Source: Squalus acanthias (lineage: Eukaryota). From it: DNA of 64,000 nt. Below are positions 61,381 through 64,000 of the stretch, piece after piece. Under the pieces are notes generated by a model. That model did no database searches, was not told the origin of the DNA, and saw only the letters and a program-made list of their open reading frames with translations. The stretch is taken from positions 62,124,001 to 62,188,000 of the forward strand of contig CM059430.1 in NCBI GenBank assembly GCA_030390025.1. The letters run 5' to 3'. A program made the position numbers and the translations under genes. Within the stretch, counting starts at the first letter, position 1. Each line of letters starts with the position of its first letter.

Positions 61381-64000
61381 GGGATTGGGACACGTGCTAT
61401 TAGTAATTAGTCTTGGTCACTCGCTGGATGTAGTACTCGAAGCTCAGGTCAGATACGCACTTGCTAGGTTGTGCATTGTCAGTTTGATCCTGAGCAGGAA
61501 TCCTGGAAAGGGATGGTACTGAAGGGGAAAGCACTGAGATTCTGCCAGTGGCCGAACAGTTTAACATCTGCCTTCAGTGAGATCAGTCACGGAACAACAG
61601 ACAATGAATAATATAAAGTGTGAACAATTAGCTGTTGTGGTGGGTTAATATATTATCCTTTCAATAATTCCACCTCTAAGTGAAGCATGCCCGCGTGAAG
61701 CGATCGAAGTCCCCAATCCTATTCTATTCCTCCCAGAGATTCCTACATGAAACGCGTTTGAGACGTTTGTTGATCAATTTCTAAAGGACAAGAGCCTACA
61801 ACAGAAAAAGATAATTCGTAATTAGAGACGAATTTTCTATTCCGTGGCCCCGCAGGGGCGGACATATACGAGGGTGATGGGAATAGCTGTAGCAGGGAGA
61901 TGGCAATATCTACTCCAGTACAAAAAGGATTCGCAATGCTGATACAAGAACTGAGAGGATATACTTATCACAAAAGGCTGAACAGGCCAGGGCTCTTTTC
62001 TTTAGAAAAGACAAGGCTGAGGGGGGATCTGATAGATGTCTTTACGATTATGAAAGGAGTTGATGGGGAAGACGAGGAGGAAAGTAATAGAAGGATGGGC
62101 TAATGATCTTTAGATGAAGAAAACAACTAAAGAATGGCTTGCATTTATACAGCCCCTTTCACGACCACAGGACTTCCCAATACACTTTACATTCAATGAA
62201 AAAGTTTTGACGTGTAGTTACTGGTGTAATGTAGGAAATGTGGCAGCCAATTAGTGCGCAGCAAGCTCCCACAAACAGCATTGTTATAATGACCAGAAAA
62301 TCTGTTTTTTTTGTATTGTTGATTGAGGAATAGATATTGACCAACACACCGGGGATTACTTTAATGCTCTTCTTCTAAATCATGCCGTGGGAATTTTTAC
62401 ATCCACCTGAGAGTGCAGACGGGGCCTTGTTTTAATGTCTCATCTGAAAGACAATGCAACACACCCTCAGTACTGCATTCGAGTTTCAGCCTAGATTGTT
62501 GTGTTCACATCTCTGGGTGGGAGGAGGCTCATGTGGAGCATAAACGCTCGGCTGAATGGCCTGTTTCTGTGCTGTAGACTCAATGGCCCGGATTCTGAGG
62601 TTCCGCTGACGGAATTTTATCCTTCGGAAAGGCCCTGCAATTTCTGGGTTTACACATGCGCTGCATATGCGCGAAAACATAGACTTTGCAATCTGCCTAC
62701 GTTCATCTTGACAGATCTACCGAACCGAATAGAAAATCACTTTCGCTTATGCAGAGTTGGGGATTGGGACACGTGCTATTAGTAATTAGTCTTGGTCACT
62801 CGCTGGATGTAGTACTCGAAGCTCAGGTCAGATACGCACTTGCTAGGTTGTGCATTGTCAGTTTGATCCTGAGCGGGAATCCTGGAAAGGGATGGTACTG
62901 AAGGGGAAAGCACTGAGATTCTGCCAGTGGCCGAACAGTTTAACATCTGCCTTCAGTGAGATCAGTCACGGAACAACAGACAATGAATAATATAAAGTGT
63001 GAACAATTAGCTGTTGTGGTGGGTTAATATATTATCCTTTCAATAATTCCACCTCTAAGTGAAGCATGCCCGCGTGAAGCGATCGAAGTCCCCAATCCTA
63101 TTCTATTCCTCCCAGAGATTCCTACATGAAACGCGTTTGAGACGTTTGTTGATCAATTTCTAAAGGACAAGAGCCTACAACAGAAAAAGATAATTCGTAA
63201 TTAGAGACGAATTTTCTATTCCGTGGCCCCGCAGGGGCGGACATATACGAGGGTGATGGGAATAGCTGTAGCAGGGAGATGGCAATATCTACTCCAGTAC
63301 AAAAAGGATTCGCAATGCTGATACAAGAACTGAGAGGATATACTTATCACAAAAGGCTGAACAGGCCAGGGCTCTTTTCTTTAGAAAAGACAAGGCTGAG
63401 GGGGGATCTGATAGATGTCTTTACGATTATGAAAGGAGTTGATGGGGAAGACGAGGAGGAAAGTAATAGAAGGATGGGCTAATGATCTTTAGATGAAGAA
63501 AACAACTAAAGAATGGCTTGCATTTATACAGCCCCTTTCACGACCACAGGACTTCCCAATACACTTTACATTCAATGAAAAAGTTTTGACGTGTAGTTAC
63601 TGGTGTAATGTAGGAAACGTGGCAGCCAATTAGTGCACAGCAAGCTCCCACAAACAGCATTGTTATAATGACCAGAAAATCTGTTTTTTTTGTATTGTTG
63701 ATTGAGGAATAGATATTGACCAACACACCGGGGATTACTTTAATGCTCTTCTTCTAAATCATGCCGTGGGAATTTTTACATCCACCTGAGAGTGCAGACG
63801 GGGCCTTGTTTTAATGTCTCATCTGAAAGACAATGCAACACACCCTCAGTACTGCATTCGAGTTTCAGCCTAGATTGTTGTGTTCACATCTCTGGGTGGG
63901 AGGAGGCTCATGTGGAGCATAAACGCTCGGCTGAATGGCCTGTTTCTGTGCTGTAGACTCAATGGCCCGGATTCTGAGGTTCCGCTGACGGAATTTTATC
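61381..64000. repeat. Tandem duplication, 1379-bp unit (61381-62759; 62760 to window end)
   Basis: Identical ORFs at 61900 and 63279; only ~3 substitutions noticed over ~1240 bp. Confidence 0.95.
62135..62505 (-). mobile_element. Deu-domain SINE (second copy at 63514-63884)
   Basis: Reverse complement of the Deu core and tail seen at 1325-1588. Confidence 0.8.

Overview
Eukaryotic, repeat-dense vertebrate DNA. It is most likely from a cartilaginous fish, inferred from the HE1/V-SINE, Deu-domain SINE and CR1 repertoire. Three structures stand out. (1) A minus-strand six-exon immunoglobulin-superfamily receptor gene (~39.3-46.1 kb): leader, a germline-joined VJ exon, a C1-set exon, a TM exon and two cytoplasmic exons with an ITIM-like motif and an ITSM. 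This is an antigen-receptor-like but non-rearranging architecture. The TM exon has a 1-nt frameshift and a CR1 is inserted just after the ITSM. (2) A 9.2-kb minus-strand endogenous retrovirus-like LTR element (3733-12974) with a 4-bp AAGG TSD, tRNA-Lys PBS, coiled-coil Gag and protease. It has no visible RT/RNase H/integrase, carries an unrecognised decayed ORF and two different Env membrane anchors, and has a second Gag fragment diverged mainly at synonymous sites, which suggests a two-lineage mosaic. (3) A Harbinger/PIF cluster (47.2-55.3 kb), including a 4.2-kb element with an intact 3-exon Myb/SANT gene and a dead transposase. The rest is CR1 and other LINE fragments, SINEs, many MITEs, a repeat-poor UTR-like tract and a near-identical 1379-bp tandem duplication at the right edge. 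All calls come from manual reading; no database searches were run.
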